DNA of 64,000 nt from an uncultured virus (IMG/VR IMGVR_UViG_3300027728_000568) (lineage: Duplodnaviria; Heunggongvirae; Uroviricota; Caudoviricetes), in IMG/VR virus record IMGVR_UViG_3300027728_000568, one strand, 5' to 3'. The translations under genes and the position numbers were made by a program. This document shows positions 27,916 through 37,358 of this stretch, piece by piece. The notes beneath the pieces were generated by a model. It was not told the origin of the DNA and made no database searches. It worked only from the letters and a program-made list of their open reading frames with translations. Within the stretch, counting starts at the first letter, position 1, and each line of letters opens with the position of its first letter.

Positions 27916-28824
27916 TTAGAAATTGTATTCCATTCCAACACCATATTGTTTAACATCGGCCACTGAGTTTACATTATCAATGTTAGCCCAACGACCATGC
28001 AGAATCAATGATTTGCTCATCGAGTACGCCACACCAAGTGCCTTGGCAGTTACGCCAGTGCTGGTTTCACCGTAGCTGCCCAACAATGCAACTTGTGAAT
28101 TAAGTGCTTGACGAACACCCACGCTCTTACCTGTGCTGCCAACACCAGACACTTTGTCATCGCTGTACATGCCAAACACTGTGGTACCTGTTTTGGCCAC
28201 AGTATATTTGGCACCAAGGATGGTGCTTGAGCTGTTTACACGGTTGCTGTAACTTGCCACAGTAACAGATACTGGACCTACTGCGTAATCAATGCCGGCA
28301 GCATGTGCATTGGCCACACCAGCTGTTTCGCTGTTGGACACTGCGTAGTTACCTTTGAATCCAGCCACAGTTGGGGTGCTAACAAATACTGCGTTTTGCA
28401 AACGGCTACCTTGTGCATTGTGAATTGTGGCTGCGGATGTACCATACGCATTTTCCATCACATCAAAGTTATCCAACACACGAGTCACACTGTGCTTGTC
28501 GCGGCCTAGACCAATGGAACCAAACTTGCTGTCCAAACTGAACAGAGCAGTGCGATCACCTAGTGTGGTAGCTCCTGGTGCGTCCATTAAAATTCCAGTT
28601 TCAACCACTGCACTAGCAGTGATCCCGCTGCCAACATTGGTTGTGGCCTTAAATCCCAGGCGACTGGAATCATTGGTCAATCGTGTCAATGCACTAGCAG
28701 TGCCCAAGGTATAAGATTCTTGATACTGACGGACTTTGCCATAGATGCTGACTTGAGGGGTGGTTTGTGCCTGAGCAAAACCTGCGGCCAATGCCAGGGC
28801 CAATAGTAAAGCATATTTCTTCAT
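27916..28824 (-). CDS. Gram-negative trimeric porin (betaproteobacterial type)
   Basis: Signal peptide AQA, VSIYG, SRLGFK, FGSIGLGR, amphipathic beta strands, C-terminal GMEYNF. Confidence 0.9.
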   Translation of the reverse strand: MKKYALLLALALAAGFAQAQTTPQVSIYGKVRQYQESYTLGTASALTRLTNDSSRLGFKATTNVGSGITASAVVETGILMDAPGATTLGDRTALFSLDSKFGSIGLGRDKHSVTRVLDNFDVMENAYGTSAATIHNAQGSRLQNAVFVSTPTVAGFKGNYAVSNSETAGVANAHAAGIDYAVGPVSVTVASYSNRVNSSSTILGAKYTVAKTGTTVFGMYSDDKVSGVGSTGKSVGVRQALNSQVALLGSYGETSTGVTAKALGVAYSMSKSLILHGRWANIDNVNSVADVKQYGVGMEYNF

Positions 28825-28900
28825 GAAGTTTTCCTTTTAAAAAATTGTTGTTATGTACCCGAAGGCACATTCTTACTTAGCTAGTATAGCAATCTAAGTG

Positions 28901-30829
28901 CTATTTTACGACTAAATTGGCTGCTTCTGCCTCGGTATATGTGCTCGGAATCAAGTTTCCCTGAGTAGGAATTGAATTGGGTGTGCTAGGAATCACTGTG
29001 TCTTGTCCAGCCCCAGCAGCATCCAGAACAAATATATTTTTACCTTCTCTCAAACAAGCCACTATGGCTTGCCCACCTTGTGTGCTGAGATTGGCAATGG
29101 TTTCAAGAAACTGTGCAGGTCCATCTTGTTCTGTATTGACTCCATAATCAGGCAAACTCTGTACCAAACTCATAATTGGACCGCGGCTGGTTGGATCTAA
29201 ATTGGCCACGTCTATGCTGGCTAAAGAAAGATTAGTATTCTCTAAATTGAGATTAGCAGCCATGGAAATAAAATTATTGTTTAATACCAAAGATTGTGTA
29301 GGATACAAACTTTCAATACCAGCAACTTCAGCAGCGGCCACAGTGATCAATGCATTCAGTGCCGCATCAGGATTGGTATAAGTTCCTGCGCCTGGGCCCG
29401 GGGGGATGACCACTGTGTCGTCTATACCTGTATTATAAACTCCATCCACGGTATTTTGCATTCGAGTGTAGATGATAATTAATGTGTTCAGGATTCCATC
29501 TGATGTCATGCTATTGAGTGTGGTGGTAACATTGGTAAGATCACTAGTGAACGGTACCCCGACTGCTGCACCCAACAAATCAGTTATGACCAATGTCCCA
29601 TTGGGACCTGTTCCAGTTGCATACGTGTTGGCATAGAATTCTGCCACAGATGGCGGAACTGCTGTGGTCAATGAACTTATGAGATCAAGGTCTCGAGTGG
29701 TCTCCATGTTAGCAAATGCTAACGCCAACTGTATCAAACTCATGTTGTTGATATTTTTAATTTGTTGCAAACTCACCTGCATGGCCTTGCAAGCCAATGC
29801 CTGATCTGGTGGGATGATCAAACTCAATCTTTGATATGTGATCATATTACTACCGCCCAAGATCAACACATATCGTGGCAAGTAAATCAACAACTTTGAA
29901 TTCACAGCGCCTTGATTGTTGTCGTAGATGGCGCGAAGCACAGTCGATGTCTCTTGATTGTAAGTTCTCACTGTGAGACTGGGATAGCTGTTAGGGAATA
30001 TCTTGACTGGGTTTAACAAGTCAGCCATGTTATTGATATTTGGTGTGCTTACTCCAAACACAGCCAGCACCTGTTCTAGTTCTGTGCCGGTCACAGTCAA
30101 CATGCCCTGATATGCTAGTCGTTGCAAATTGTCACTAACTGTGACATTTGGATTTGCAATGTCGTTGATATCGGTTTGGTCAATTCCTGCCTGAATCAAT
30201 GCATTGCTTACCCCTGGGATGAGATTGGTCAATGAAGCCAATCGTCTCAACAACGAAGCTGGTGATCCAAAATTACCAAGGTCAGAAAGATCAATCAGTT
30301 GTCCCAGCGCAGCTAGATCAGCACCAAATGTCGGCATGGCCAAATTCACATCACTAAGATTCCCAGTGATCAAACTGTTCATTGTAGTAAAAGTTGACCC
30401 TAGATAAGTCTGACTGTTGATACTGGTATTGATATAGTTGTTAGTTGCACTCACATAGCCTTGTGCTGCTGGAAACACCTGTGCAAACACAGTCACGTTG
30501 CCATTGCCAAGATAACTGTTGCCTTGTTCAGTGATTACCCCGGTGAATCCTGAATTCACATTGATTCCCAGATCAAGATAACCCGCAGGCGTATTGTCAG
30601 CCAGTGCCGGTACTGTGGTCGAGCAAAACGATGCCATATTGGCCAATGTGTTGGCAGTGATGCCAGCTGGTCCTGAGTTGGCTATTGCAGCAAAGAAAGG
30701 AGTAAGCAAAGTGGTACCAGTGTAAGAAGTTACAGCAGCAGTCCAAGTGTTGGCAATTCTGATGCCACCGTTGTTGCTCAGTGTAGCACCAGCAATCATT
30801 TGTAAAGGAGTTAGAATACCAATGGTCAT
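28901..30829 (-). CDS. Putative virion structural (baseplate/tail-associated) protein
   Basis: 642 aa, Thr/Asn/Gly/Ala-rich; directly downstream of PAAR. Confidence 0.6.
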   Translation of the reverse strand: MTIGILTPLQMIAGATLSNNGGIRIANTWTAAVTSYTGTTLLTPFFAAIANSGPAGITANTLANMASFCSTTVPALADNTPAGYLDLGINVNSGFTGVITEQGNSYLGNGNVTVFAQVFPAAQGYVSATNNYINTSINSQTYLGSTFTTMNSLITGNLSDVNLAMPTFGADLAALGQLIDLSDLGNFGSPASLLRRLASLTNLIPGVSNALIQAGIDQTDINDIANPNVTVSDNLQRLAYQGMLTVTGTELEQVLAVFGVSTPNINNMADLLNPVKIFPNSYPSLTVRTYNQETSTVLRAIYDNNQGAVNSKLLIYLPRYVLILGGSNMITYQRLSLIIPPDQALACKAMQVSLQQIKNINNMSLIQLALAFANMETTRDLDLISSLTTAVPPSVAEFYANTYATGTGPNGTLVITDLLGAAVGVPFTSDLTNVTTTLNSMTSDGILNTLIIIYTRMQNTVDGVYNTGIDDTVVIPPGPGAGTYTNPDAALNALITVAAAEVAGIESLYPTQSLVLNNNFISMAANLNLENTNLSLASIDVANLDPTSRGPIMSLVQSLPDYGVNTEQDGPAQFLETIANLSTQGGQAIVACLREGKNIFVLDAAGAGQDTVIPSTPNSIPTQGNLIPSTYTEAEAANLVVK

Positions 30830-30832
30830 TGT

Positions 30833-31123
30833 TTATCCTGCAAACACAGTTGCACTACCACTAGCTACAAACGTACAACCAGCAAGGCCATCACCAACTC
30901 TTGCCAACGGCTTGCCGCCGACAAATACTGTAGAACTTCCACTTGAAATTGGTGCCACGTGCGGCGGACATTTCGTGCCTGCTGGACGCAAATGAGGCGT
31001 ACTGAGATCGCCAAGTCTAGCAGCAGGTTTTGAATTGACAAATACTGTGGCACTGCCTTGAGCAATGCTAAATCCGCTGCAATGTGGAACTCCTTGATCA
31101 CCCAATCTCGCTACTGGTCGCAT
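30833..31123 (-). CDS. PAAR-domain spike tip protein
   Basis: PVARLGD, PAARLGD and PLARVGD repeats with His/Cys ligands; GGAG RBS. Confidence 0.93.
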   Translation of the reverse strand: MRPVARLGDQGVPHCSGFSIAQGSATVFVNSKPAARLGDLSTPHLRPAGTKCPPHVAPISSGSSTVFVGGKPLARVGDGLAGCTFVASGSATVFAG

Positions 31124-31313
31124 ACGCTTTCTCCATAAGTCTATTAAACAGACCCAGCCAGGCGTCAATTTCTTTGTGCTGCTGTTGAGTATGCGGCTCC
31201 GGAGGGATTTCCGGAAGAAATTCTATCACATGGTCCAGGTCGTCAGGGATATCGTCATAGCAATCGTATACTTCAATTATATCGCGCCTCATGATTACAA
31301 ATCTGTGTCCCAT
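31098..31313 (-). CDS. Small hypothetical protein
   Basis: TATAAATA 4 nt upstream of ATG (MGHRF). Confidence 0.65.
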   Translation of the reverse strand: MGHRFVIMRRDIIEVYDCYDDIPDDLDHVIEFLPEIPPEPHTQQQHKEIDAWLGLFNRLMEKAYATSSEIG

Positions 31314-31341
31314 ATTGTATTTATAGGAGCAAAAACTCGTA

Positions 31342-31632
31342 TCAGCCCAAATGTATACTGGTGGTGCTTTGCATGTATTGGTCAGCAAATGATTTGTCAC
31401 TGGCCACCGCAACAGTTACTGTGAGTTTACTCAAGTTGATATCTTTGTCTGGTGCCACAGTGAACAGGTATGGCATCAACCCTGGTCCCTTGGCACCCAT
31501 GGCAATTACCATGGGCTTTGACAGTTTGTAATGTGTAGCAGTTTCTTCATTGAGTCTTGCCACTAATTCTTCACCTGATGTGAGTTTGAGTGTGACTACT
31601 TCGCCTGCGCTAACGCCTTTGTCTATTAACAT
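31342..31632 (-). CDS. Small Sm-like-fold phage protein
   Basis: VVTLKLTSGEELVARL start typical of Sm-like beta-barrel phage proteins. Confidence 0.6.
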   Translation of the reverse strand: MLIDKGVSAGEVVTLKLTSGEELVARLNEETATHYKLSKPMVIAMGAKGPGLMPYLFTVAPDKDINLSKLTVTVAVASDKSFADQYMQSTTSIHLG

Positions 31633-31667
31633 AATTTTAAACTTTCTTTTGAATTGACATTTGTAAT

Positions 31668-31913
31668 TTACTCCCCATATCCGCCAGCAGTTTCTTCAAT
31701 GTATTTTTTTAATTCTTGAAACCCCCCAATGTGGTTGTTATGTACAAAAATTTGTGGTACTGTTCTTGCTGTGGGCACTGCTTCTAACAAGTCTTCTCGG
31801 GTGTATCCGTGCCCAATTTTCTTTTCTTCATATGCAATATTGCGTTGCTTTAACAAAGCTTTGGCTTGGTCGCAGAATGTGCAATTGTCTTTTGACCAGA
31901 CGATGGCTGTCAT
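31668..31913 (-). CDS. nrdC: Glutaredoxin
   Basis: CTFC active site, TVPQIF, IGGF. Confidence 0.92.
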   Translation of the reverse strand: MTAIVWSKDNCTFCDQAKALLKQRNIAYEEKKIGHGYTREDLLEAVPTARTVPQIFVHNNHIGGFQELKKYIEETAGGYGE

Positions 31914-31922
31914 ATTTTTCCT

Positions 31923-33023
31923 TTATAAATTTGGTAGTTGATCATAATCAAGTTCAGACGACATAATACCAATTACGTAGTTAGTTGACTCATTTTCTTG
32001 CAAGGCCGTCTGTTTGCTGGATGTTGAGACATGTTTGTTGAACCATGGAATAGGTGTGCTGCGTGGTGCTGCGGTTTGATATTTGATACCAATGTCTTTG
32101 AGAGCACCAACTGCTGTGTAGTCCACAAAATCTTTGAGAATGTTTGCATTGAGACCAATTACTGGACCCATCTTGAACAAATGCTCAGCCCAGGCTTTTT
32201 CTTCACGGATCACATCCTGATACAAGGCATACACTTCTGCTTCGCAAGCGTCTTTGACCGCAGCAAATCGGTTGTCTTCTTTGATAACTTGGTTGATAAG
32301 ATATGCAGTCCATCCTTTGTGCAGCAATTCGTCTTGCAGAATCAATCCAATAATGTTGCCATTGCCAATGAAGATTTTGTTCTCTACCATGGCCAAGCTA
32401 GTGGCAAACGATACCATGAATCGGAATGCTTCCAGTGCATAACTGGCATGCAATGCCATCCAAATTGTTCGAACATGTTCACGTTCTTCCACCGGTTGCC
32501 CTAGTTCTTTTGCACAGTTGATTCTGTGTAAGTCATCATAATATCGTCCTACACTTGATGCCATGTCTACAATTTCTGTGGTGTCATGAATGGTATTGAA
32601 AACATCTTTAGGCACGTTATAGATATTACGAATGATATGGCTGTAACTCTTTGAATGGATATTTGTTTCAAAGAATCCCCAGTTATACATCAATGCTTCT
32701 ACTTCGGGCAAGCTGCATACCGGCGTGAATACCTGTGTAGGTCCACGTCCTTGCAAACTGTCCAATGCAGTCTGCCGCAGTAAATTGCTAGTAAAGATAT
32801 GTTTGACTGCATCACTGGCATCTTTAAAGTCATTGGCATCTTTGCTGAGACTGATCTCTTCAGGTTGCCAGAAGAAGCCACGTGCAGTGGCTTCAAAGTC
32901 TGCAATCTTTTTATACTTGACTTCTTCAAAGCGTTGAATAGTAACTGGACCTGCTGGGTCCAGAAACATCTTGCGATTCAAATAATCTGTCTTTGTGTTT
33001 AGGTTATATTGTGCTTGGCTCAT
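31923..33023 (-). CDS. nrdB: Ribonucleotide reductase class Ia beta subunit
   Basis: FFWQPEE, LDSLQG, ETNIHSKSY (metal ligands and radical Tyr), LEAFRF, DELLH. Confidence 0.96.
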   Translation of the reverse strand: MSQAQYNLNTKTDYLNRKMFLDPAGPVTIQRFEEVKYKKIADFEATARGFFWQPEEISLSKDANDFKDASDAVKHIFTSNLLRQTALDSLQGRGPTQVFTPVCSLPEVEALMYNWGFFETNIHSKSYSHIIRNIYNVPKDVFNTIHDTTEIVDMASSVGRYYDDLHRINCAKELGQPVEEREHVRTIWMALHASYALEAFRFMVSFATSLAMVENKIFIGNGNIIGLILQDELLHKGWTAYLINQVIKEDNRFAAVKDACEAEVYALYQDVIREEKAWAEHLFKMGPVIGLNANILKDFVDYTAVGALKDIGIKYQTAAPRSTPIPWFNKHVSTSSKQTALQENESTNYVIGIMSSELDYDQLPNL

Positions 33024-34852
33024 AATTTACAACTTTCGCAATCTTCTTCTTCATCAAAATCTATATGTTCTAACATCGGCGGTGCGATTTCAGCATCAGC
33101 TTTGCTACCCTGTTTATTCACGAGGCTATAATAGAAGGTCTTGAGGCCCCACATATGTGCTTGCATCAAGTTCTTTGCTATCAATGTAGTTGGAACTTTA
33201 CGGTCAGCGTAGTGTGCAGGGTTATAGAATGTGTTAGTACTGATACTTTGATCTACATAAGCCGCTAATACTGCTGCGGTTTTTAAGTAACCATCACAGT
33301 CTTTTTGTTCCCACATCAATTGATACTTGTTCTTTAGTTTGTGATATTCTGGAACAACTTGTGTAAAGCTACCTGCTTTACTTTCTTTAACACTAATCAA
33401 ACTCATGGGCATCTCAATGCCATTTGTACTGTTAATAACTACACTACTTGATTCTACTGGAGCAATAGCCATTTGTGTAGCATTACGTACACCGTGTTCT
33501 TTCATGTTAACACGTAATGTTTCCCAATCTAGTTCTGGAGCAAAGTCAGTTAATTGATTAACACCTTTGGCTCTTAGTTCCCAGGGGAATACTCCTTGAC
33601 CATATCTTGTCTTGTCGCTACCTTCACACTTGCCTCTTTCTTTGGCAAGTTCTACACTTGCTTCTGTTAGATAGAATGCTAGATGTTCTGCCCAAATTTT
33701 AACTTCAGCTAATGCATCTTTCTCACCGTACTTGAGACTACGCTTTGCATGCCAATATGCTAAGTTAGTTACACCAATGCCCAATGGACGAATCTCATCG
33801 TTGCTCAGTTTAGACTGAATGGAGAGAAAGTCTTGATAGTCAAGAATGTTATTGAGGCTACGATGCAATATGCGACAAGCACGGCGCATATCTTCGGGAT
33901 TTCTAAACGCACCCCAATTTATACTTCCAAGTGTACAGAGGGCTATCCTGCCGGTATCGTCATCTAATCGCTTAAAACTTTTTGTCGGAAGTAGGATCTC
34001 ACAACAGAGGTTGCTTTGATAGATGGTATGATACTCTGGATCAAACGGTCCTTGTTTCATTACATTATCTATGAACACAAGATAGATACGTCCAGTGTCA
34101 GTGCGCTCTTTCAGTATGCCTGACTTGAATACTTCTTCTGCACTCATAGTCTTAGTACGCAGGTCTTTGCGCTTTTCATATTTAACATAAAGTTCTTCAA
34201 ATCTTTCTGTATTTTGATAGAACGCTTCGTACAAATCAGGAACTTCATTTGGATCAAAGAATGTTATTTGTTCTTTGTTTTTGAATCTTCTCCAGAAGAA
34301 AGCACTAAGCACAACCCCATAATCCATATGACGGACTCGGGTTTCTTCTGTTCCTTGGTTGTTCTTAAGGACAATAAGATCATCAAACTGATGATGCCAA
34401 ATGGGATAAAAAACTGTAGCACTTGCATTACGAATACCTCCTTGCGAATTGTGTGTCAATACCATTGGACCATTGCTACTAGAGGAAGCAAAAAAGGTAT
34501 GAGTATCTTCTACTGTAATATCAATATAGCCAGTATCGTTTTGCTGTTCAAAATCAGAAACTAGCAAACGAGTAAATCCTGTTTCAGTGAGAACAAGATG
34601 ATCGTTAGTAAGTTCCTTAGGTTTTTTCTGTAAGAACGATCCCGAGTCGCTCCATACCATTATGGGGTGATTTACGGAGCAGTTTAACACAACACCGTTT
34701 TCAAACTGCAAACGAACTTGATCTTCTGTTTTTACAATAGTATCCCACTTGTTAGTTACTGCTTTAAACAATATATCTCCTTGCTCATTTTTTGTTTTAA
34801 CTTTCATCCCTATCACAAGGTCTTTAATCTGAATCTTTTTAGTTTTTACCAT
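33020..34852 (-). CDS. nrdA: RNR alpha subunit C-terminal half fused to the split-intein C-fragment
   Basis: After HN|S: SQGGIRNASATVF, SNLCCEI, ALCTLGSIN, TFYY, C-terminal CESC. Confidence 0.95.
   Translation of the reverse strand: MVKTKKIQIKDLVIGMKVKTKNEQGDILFKAVTNKWDTIVKTEDQVRLQFENGVVLNCSVNHPIMVWSDSGSFLQKKPKELTNDHLVLTETGFTRLLVSDFEQQNDTGYIDITVEDTHTFFASSSSNGPMVLTHNSQGGIRNASATVFYPIWHHQFDDLIVLKNNQGTEETRVRHMDYGVVLSAFFWRRFKNKEQITFFDPNEVPDLYEAFYQNTERFEELYVKYEKRKDLRTKTMSAEEVFKSGILKERTDTGRIYLVFIDNVMKQGPFDPEYHTIYQSNLCCEILLPTKSFKRLDDDTGRIALCTLGSINWGAFRNPEDMRRACRILHRSLNNILDYQDFLSIQSKLSNDEIRPLGIGVTNLAYWHAKRSLKYGEKDALAEVKIWAEHLAFYLTEASVELAKERGKCEGSDKTRYGQGVFPWELRAKGVNQLTDFAPELDWETLRVNMKEHGVRNATQMAIAPVESSSVVINSTNGIEMPMSLISVKESKAGSFTQVVPEYHKLKNKYQLMWEQKDCDGYLKTAAVLAAYVDQSISTNTFYNPAHYADRKVPTTLIAKNLMQAHMWGLKTFYYSLVNKQGSKADAEIAPPMLEHIDFDEEEDCESCKL
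34448..34852 (-). mobile_element. Split intein C-fragment (135 aa)
   Basis: Block B CSVNHPI, block F YIDITVEDTHTFFA, block G LTHN followed by Ser+1. Confidence 0.92.
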
Positions 34853-35948
34853 TTTCGTGCTCTTTTCTTGTTATTGTTTCAATATCATTAAATTTTGCAG
34901 ACATGTCATATTGTTTGACTTTCAGTACTGTTTTTCCTCTAGTTGCTCTATAATATTGATCTAATAATTCTTTTGATTTAAAGAATTTACTGTCTACCTT
35001 ATAGAAAACTTTAGTGGTCTGATTAGCATAATCGTTAATATTAATTTGATATTCTTCTTTGTCTATTATAACAGTTTTTCTTTTAGAAATTGAATAAACT
35101 ACCACATTTCCGGTGTTATGATGTTTATATAAATCCCTATCATAATTTTCTTTTTTTACTAATTTCTTCTCTCCTGTTACCCTGTCTGTAACTGGAATTA
35201 AACCAAATGTATTTCCAATGTACCGACCATTTGAATTGTTGAAATCTTCTTGTGTTATAGTTACTCTAGTGTTAGTGGTTGTGTCGTGTGCAACCACTTT
35301 CCCTTTAGTAAGTCCCACATATCTACTGTCCGCTTGAAATACTGATTTTGGAATCCTACATGATTGTCCAGTCACTGTATCCAATGCTAAGACATAATTC
35401 TTAAATTCAGTAGAATGAATGCTAGGATCAAAATCTGAAGTATATATCTTTTTAATTCCGGTTTCTGTTCTTATATTCATCATACCTTTTGAAATATGTA
35501 GATGTTTTCCAGTAGCAAATTCTTCCACACTTACCCGATACGTATTTCCACTAGAATCTTTGCATAATACAGACCCTGCTCCGCAGTTTGAGCCACCTGC
35601 AGTTAGAGAGTTTATAAAAATAGAGTTCTTACCAACTTGATGCTTTTGATGGAATATTTTTTCTGCCGTAAACGCATCACTCCTGGTAGTGAAGTATTCA
35701 ATTCTATACTCAAATAAGTATGGCATCTTTTTTAGTTTTTCTTTAAAATCAACTACGGTTGAACTAGTAAAGTATTTTACCAACAAATCGTGCTTATTAC
35801 AGCCTTCAACCCCACGAGAACCGGAATAAAACTTTCCAGTCTCTGTATCTTTAATAGTATAGCAGTAGTAAGCCGAATTTGATAGCATATTAGTTTGTGC
35901 TCCGTTGTATGATTCTAGTAAATAATTTAGCATTTCGTATACCCCCAT
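34839..35948 (-). mobile_element. Free-standing GIY-YIG (Seg-like) homing endonuclease
   Basis: YYCYTIKD..GKFYSGSR, YFTSS, AFTAE, FIN; repeated C-terminal DNA-binding-like modules; AT-rich; own TAAATA; alternative start at 35888. Confidence 0.88.
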
Positions 35949-35977
35949 TATTATTTATGCTTGTGTGCGAAAAACTA

Positions 35978-36931
35978 TTATTTAGCAATAGAATCATCCT
36001 CATCTAGTACTTCTATCCAAGTATCCGGAGTTACACAGCAAGACCTTAAATCTCCAAACCACTTCTTTAAAAATGGTATCATGCCGGTATGCATGATCTC
36101 ACCACCGCGGATGGGTGAGCCTAGTGGTCGTAGTCGTCCAATCTCTAACCCAATGCCAGCACGTTTGCTGGCATACTTGGCCATCATTTCCCCACTAGCG
36201 AATATACTATCGAGATCATCATCGCTGCGAATAAGAACGCAGCTAGAGAATTGTTTAGTAGGAGTTCCAAGACCAGCGAGAACAGGAGTAGCAAGAGTAA
36301 ATAAGCCATCACTTGCAGCATTGTAATATTCCTTTATATAGCGCATTCTTGCTGAGTTTGGTTCTTCCGAGTGAAAAACTGTAGCCGCTGCAACCATGTA
36401 ACGAACTTGGGGAGTTTCATAAGTTTCCTTTGTGGCACGATTCTTCACAAGATATTTTTCAATCAATTGCTCGATAGCGGCATAGCCATATTGTTCGTCC
36501 TTGGAATGATCTATCATGTCCTGCATACGGTTCCAATCAGATTCGTCGTACCATTCCAATAGTTCAGGAGTGTACAAGCCCGTGGCTACGTTTTTCTTTA
36601 CAATCTCATACAAGTGGGGAGGCTCATAAGAGCCATATACATCTTTTCTCAACATGCTAAGACGTTGCTTACCTGCCACATATTGATAGTTAGTGTGCCC
36701 AACATCTGGATTATGTTCTATATCGATCAAGTCCACAATGGCTCGTAGTGTGATACCATCAATTTCTTTGGTAGTGATGCCATCATAAAAGTGCATCTGG
36801 GCTTTGATTTCTACCATGCTTTGACTTACATCTGCAATGCCTGCACATACTTTGGCAATTTGGGTTTGCCACTTTTCTAGGCTTAATTGTTCTTTTCTTC
36901 CGTTACGTTTAATAACTGTGATTTGTGTCAT
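35978..36931 (-). CDS. nrdA: RNR alpha subunit N-terminal half fused to the split-intein N-fragment
   Basis: ATP cone (VIKRNG), ETPQ, LATPV, QFSSCVL, AGIG, HTGMIPF; ends DLRSC|CVTPDTWIEVLDEDDSIAK. Confidence 0.95.
   Translation of the reverse strand: MTQITVIKRNGRKEQLSLEKWQTQIAKVCAGIADVSQSMVEIKAQMHFYDGITTKEIDGITLRAIVDLIDIEHNPDVGHTNYQYVAGKQRLSMLRKDVYGSYEPPHLYEIVKKNVATGLYTPELLEWYDESDWNRMQDMIDHSKDEQYGYAAIEQLIEKYLVKNRATKETYETPQVRYMVAAATVFHSEEPNSARMRYIKEYYNAASDGLFTLATPVLAGLGTPTKQFSSCVLIRSDDDLDSIFASGEMMAKYASKRAGIGLEIGRLRPLGSPIRGGEIMHTGMIPFLKKWFGDLRSCCVTPDTWIEVLDEDDSIAK
35981..36037 (-). mobile_element. Split intein N-fragment (19 aa)
   Basis: Block A CVTPDTWIEV starting with Cys1, then an acidic tail and stop. 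Confidence 0.88.
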
Positions 36932-36935
36932 ATAC

Positions 36936-37358
36936 TCAATATAGTTGTTGTTTTACATCGCTCTGCGTGATGTGATGTCTATTCTGCTGTAGGTTGATAT
37001 TTAACCCTGGAGACTGGTCCCAATTCAATATATATTTCCCATTCTCTACTAGGACTAAATTGCCCCGATCTGATTCGATCAGCATAGCGTCTTGAAGATC
37101 GTAACGATCCAGCACAGTAATAGTATACAGGATTCCTAGCCCGCGAGCAAGATCACAATAGATGTTGTCGCTCAAAAGTTGCCAGGGATCTGGCCAATCC
37201 GCTTGATCGTCCCAGTGTAAATGATAAGCTCGCCAGGGAGTTTGTTGCCACCAGGAATTGATCTCCTCTAGGGCATCCGGCTTAGGCAGTGTGCAAACGC
37301 GATTTCGTAAAACGTTCCACGCTGCCAAACGTTGTTCAAAGGTTGAACACCACATCAA
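36936..37358 (-). CDS. Phage hypothetical protein
   Basis: Trp-rich WPDPWQL..NIYC; coupled to the upstream structural gene. Confidence 0.7.
   Translation of the reverse strand: MMWCSTFEQRLAAWNVLRNRVCTLPKPDALEEINSWWQQTPWRAYHLHWDDQADWPDPWQLLSDNIYCDLARGLGILYTITVLDRYDLQDAMLIESDRGNLVLVENGKYILNWDQSPGLNINLQQNRHHITQSDVKQQLY

Noticed and set aside
34839..36037. nrdA break as a frameshift, pseudogene or group I intron
   Set aside because: Both halves keep all catalytic motifs, end or begin with intein blocks, and the gap is almost entirely coding, leaving no room for an intron core
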